Positions 6,968 through 8,727 of a stretch of 8,727 nucleotides of DNA are shown here, in pieces. Source of the DNA: Candidatus Heimdallarchaeota archaeon B3_Heim (GTDB taxonomy: Archaea > Asgardarchaeota > Heimdallarchaeia > Hodarchaeales > Hodarchaeaceae); the NCBI GenBank assembly GCA_003144275.1, contig NJBF01000007.1, positions 96,678 to 105,404 of the forward strand, in the 5' to 3' direction. The translations under genes and the position numbers were made by a program. Numbering within the stretch: the first letter of the stretch is position 1; each line of letters begins with the position of its first letter. The notes under the pieces were generated by a model. It ran no database searches and was not told the origin of the DNA. It was given only the letters and a program-made list of their open reading frames with translations.

Positions 6968-7921
6968 ATGACAACCCGCAATCCCGAAACACCAGAATAT
7001 AAACAGCTACGCCAAACTATGGATGATATTAAAACGCTTAAAATCCAAGGAGCAACAAATGTAGCAATTTATGGAGTGGAAGCATTCGCTAAACACGCTG
7101 AAACTGTCCCCGTAAAAGATGATGATTTATTAGCTCATCTTGAACCACTAGTTGAAGAAATTAGCTTTGTTAGAGTAACTGAGCCTGCGTTGAGAAATGG
7201 TCTTCGATACGTTATGACTGGAATAAGACGTGAAGGAAAAGAGGTTGCCTCAGAACTAGGTCAGGCATATGTAAAACTGATTGATGACGCCAAAAAGCGT
7301 ATTTTTAAAATTGGTGCTGAACGAATTAGAGATGGATCCAGGGTCTTCACACATTGCCATTCATCAATTAGTGTTGGTATATTCTTAGAAGCTGCAAAGC
7401 AAGGAAAAGATTTCGATGTAATTAATACGGAGACGAGACCCCTTTTCCAAGGTCGAAAAACGGCCAGAATTCTGGCTAAACAGAATATTCGGGTAACTCA
7501 TGTGGTAGATTCGGCAATGCGGTGGGCTATGAATTCATTCAATCCTCATATGATATTTTTAGGTGCAGATGCAATTACGGTTGAAGGTGTTGCTCTTAAT
7601 AAAATTGGTTCCCGTTTATGTGCGCTAGCATCAGAAGAAGAACACATCCCTCTTTATATTTGCACCTCTCTTCTTAAGTATGATCAAGCTACAAGTATTG
7701 GCCGTTTAAGCGAGATTGAAATGCGCTCACCTCTTGAAATATGGGATGAAGGGTGTCCTGAGGGAGTTAAGGTTCTTAACCCCGCATTTGAAACCATAGA
7801 TAGGCGTAATATTTCTGCTTATATTACCGAAGCGGGTTTGATTCCACCTCAATCCGTCCATCAGACTTTTCGGAGAATTTATGGCTCACAAATTCATGAT
7901 TTTCAACAGTTATGGAGTTGA
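6968..7921 (+). CDS. Ribose-1,5-bisphosphate isomerase-like protein (eIF2B alpha/beta/delta - MtnA family)
   Basis: Motifs IQGA, THCHS (catalytic Cys130), TETRPLFQG, VDSA, GADAI (Asp201), NKIGS, EIEMRSP, NPAFE and ITEAGLIPP are collinear with Thermococcus R15P isomerase as I recall it. The Cys/Asp catalytic pair is retained. Confidence 0.88.
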   Translation: MTTRNPETPEYKQLRQTMDDIKTLKIQGATNVAIYGVEAFAKHAETVPVKDDDLLAHLEPLVEEISFVRVTEPALRNGLRYVMTGIRREGKEVASELGQAYVKLIDDAKKRIFKIGAERIRDGSRVFTHCHSSISVGIFLEAAKQGKDFDVINTETRPLFQGRKTARILAKQNIRVTHVVDSAMRWAMNSFNPHMIFLGADAITVEGVALNKIGSRLCALASEEEHIPLYICTSLLKYDQATSIGRLSEIEMRSPLEIWDEGCPEGVKVLNPAFETIDRRNISAYITEAGLIPPQSVHQTFRRIYGSQIHDFQQLWS

Positions 7922-7976
7922 TATTAGTCCTATAACAAATTGCGCACATATTGGTAAAAGGAGAAGGCTGTAAAGA

Positions 7977-8333
7977 TTAACGATTATCTGGCCCATCACC
8001 AACGAAGTATCTATCGTCTTCTATAAATCCGACTTTTTCCAGTTCATCGTGTATTGTATTCACTATTATAGCGATCTCAGATTCATCATCCTCGTAGTGC
8101 CACACCGTAAATCCTACTAGTATCTCCGCGTAGTTGTTTTCCTCATCGAAATTATCAAGATCAACATCAAATTTTCTTGCAGTGCCTTGAAATTCCTTCA
8201 CTAAGGATTCTTCCACTTCAACAAGGTTCGAATCAGCAAAATCAAAAGTTAGGGTTTCCTCTCCCTCACGAAACATACCATTAAATAAGTAATAGAAAGT
8301 AATCGCAGATGTTATTGTTTCACGATAAACCAT
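7977..8333 (-). CDS. Small acidic hypothetical protein, possible ferredoxin-like (beta-alpha-beta-beta-alpha-beta) fold
   Basis: Open frame of 118 aa with protein-like alternation of strands and amphipathic helices. I count 30 Asp/Glu against 8 Lys/Arg. It fills the gap between neighbouring genes. An alternative start is ATG at 8276. Confidence 0.75.
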   Translation of the reverse strand: MVYRETITSAITFYYLFNGMFREGEETLTFDFADSNLVEVEESLVKEFQGTARKFDVDLDNFDEENNYAEILVGFTVWHYEDDESEIAIIVNTIHDELEKVGFIEDDRYFVGDGPDNR

Positions 8334-8495
8334 TCTTAACTTCCTCTAATAAAAATAAAATGCTTGAGGCTCTAGTCACAAATTCAGTCCTAAAAACTCA
8401 TTGTTTTCCATGATCAAATTTATCTGACAACTGATATTTATTAGTATAGGCTAGGAAGAAAAAAGGTTCATTTTCGTCACATTTGTTATTTTCAC

Positions 8496-8727
8496 TGATC
8501 TCTCTCTGTCTCGAGCTTATAAGAGCGAGGGAGCCTTACTAGAATGGGAATGCGTACCAAGAAACACTCTCACCCCCAGTTAGCTATCCGAAGGCAGATG
8601 AAACCGCGACCCATTTTTACTGATTTGTGCACCTGTGCCAAAAATCTGTATAATCGTGCCACCTATGAGGTGCGCCAGGAATTCTTTAAGACAGGGAAAT
8701 GGATACAATATATTAGCCTCTATCATC
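8496..8727 (+). mobile_element. Left end of a probable IS1341-like (tnpB-only) IS200/IS605 element
   Basis: GC rises from about 30% (8341-8500) to about 45% (8501-8727) by hand count. An imperfect hairpin lies at 8510-8529 just upstream of tnpB. No Y1 (HUH) tnpA lies immediately upstream. The exact boundary is uncertain. Confidence 0.6.
8544..8727 (+). CDS. tnpB: TnpB (IS200/IS605-family RNA-guided endonuclease), N-terminal fragment truncated at the window edge
   Basis: Translation MGMRTKKHSHPQLAIRRQMKPRPIFTDLCTCAKNLYNRATYEVRQEFFKTGKWIQYISLYH matches the characteristic TnpB N-terminal pattern LCxxxKNLYNxAxYxxRQxFFxxGKWxxYxxLY. The frame is open to the edge. The RuvC and zinc-finger domains are outside the window. 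Confidence 0.85.
   Translation, partial: MGMRTKKHSHPQLAIRRQMKPRPIFTDLCTCAKNLYNRATYEVRQEFFKTGKWIQYISLYH

Noticed and set aside
7977-8333. The 118-aa ORF as the tnpA partner of tnpB
   Set aside because: It has no HUH motif or catalytic-Tyr helix pattern, is strongly acidic, and lies outside the GC-shifted segment.
1-8727. tRNA, rRNA or CRISPR array
   Set aside because: The intergenic gaps are short and AT-rich, with no cloverleaf, rRNA-like sequence or regularly spaced direct repeats.

Overview
This is an AT-rich archaeal window, most likely Asgard (Heimdallarchaeia-like); the taxonomy is inferred from an Arf-like GTPase-longin fusion beside an archaeal-type Cdc48. In order it contains: (1) a large all-helical repeat protein on the minus strand (1..2250, at least 750 aa, running off the left edge and absent from the ORF track); (2) a stand-alone CinA-N/COG1058 protein whose true start lies upstream of the track's ATG and cannot be a standard ATG/GTG/TTG; (3) Cdc48/VCP; (4) a convergent Arf-like small GTPase fused to a predicted longin domain; (5) a divergent ribose-1,5-bisphosphate isomerase (eIF2B family) variant; (6) a small, very acidic hypothetical protein; (7) the 5' end of an IS200/IS605-family TnpB gene in a more GC-rich segment at the right edge, also absent from the track. 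No rRNA, tRNA or CRISPR array was seen. The best candidate for an undescribed system is a membrane-remodelling or trafficking-like grouping of the Arf-longin fusion, Cdc48 and the helical rod protein. That link is inferred from proximity only.
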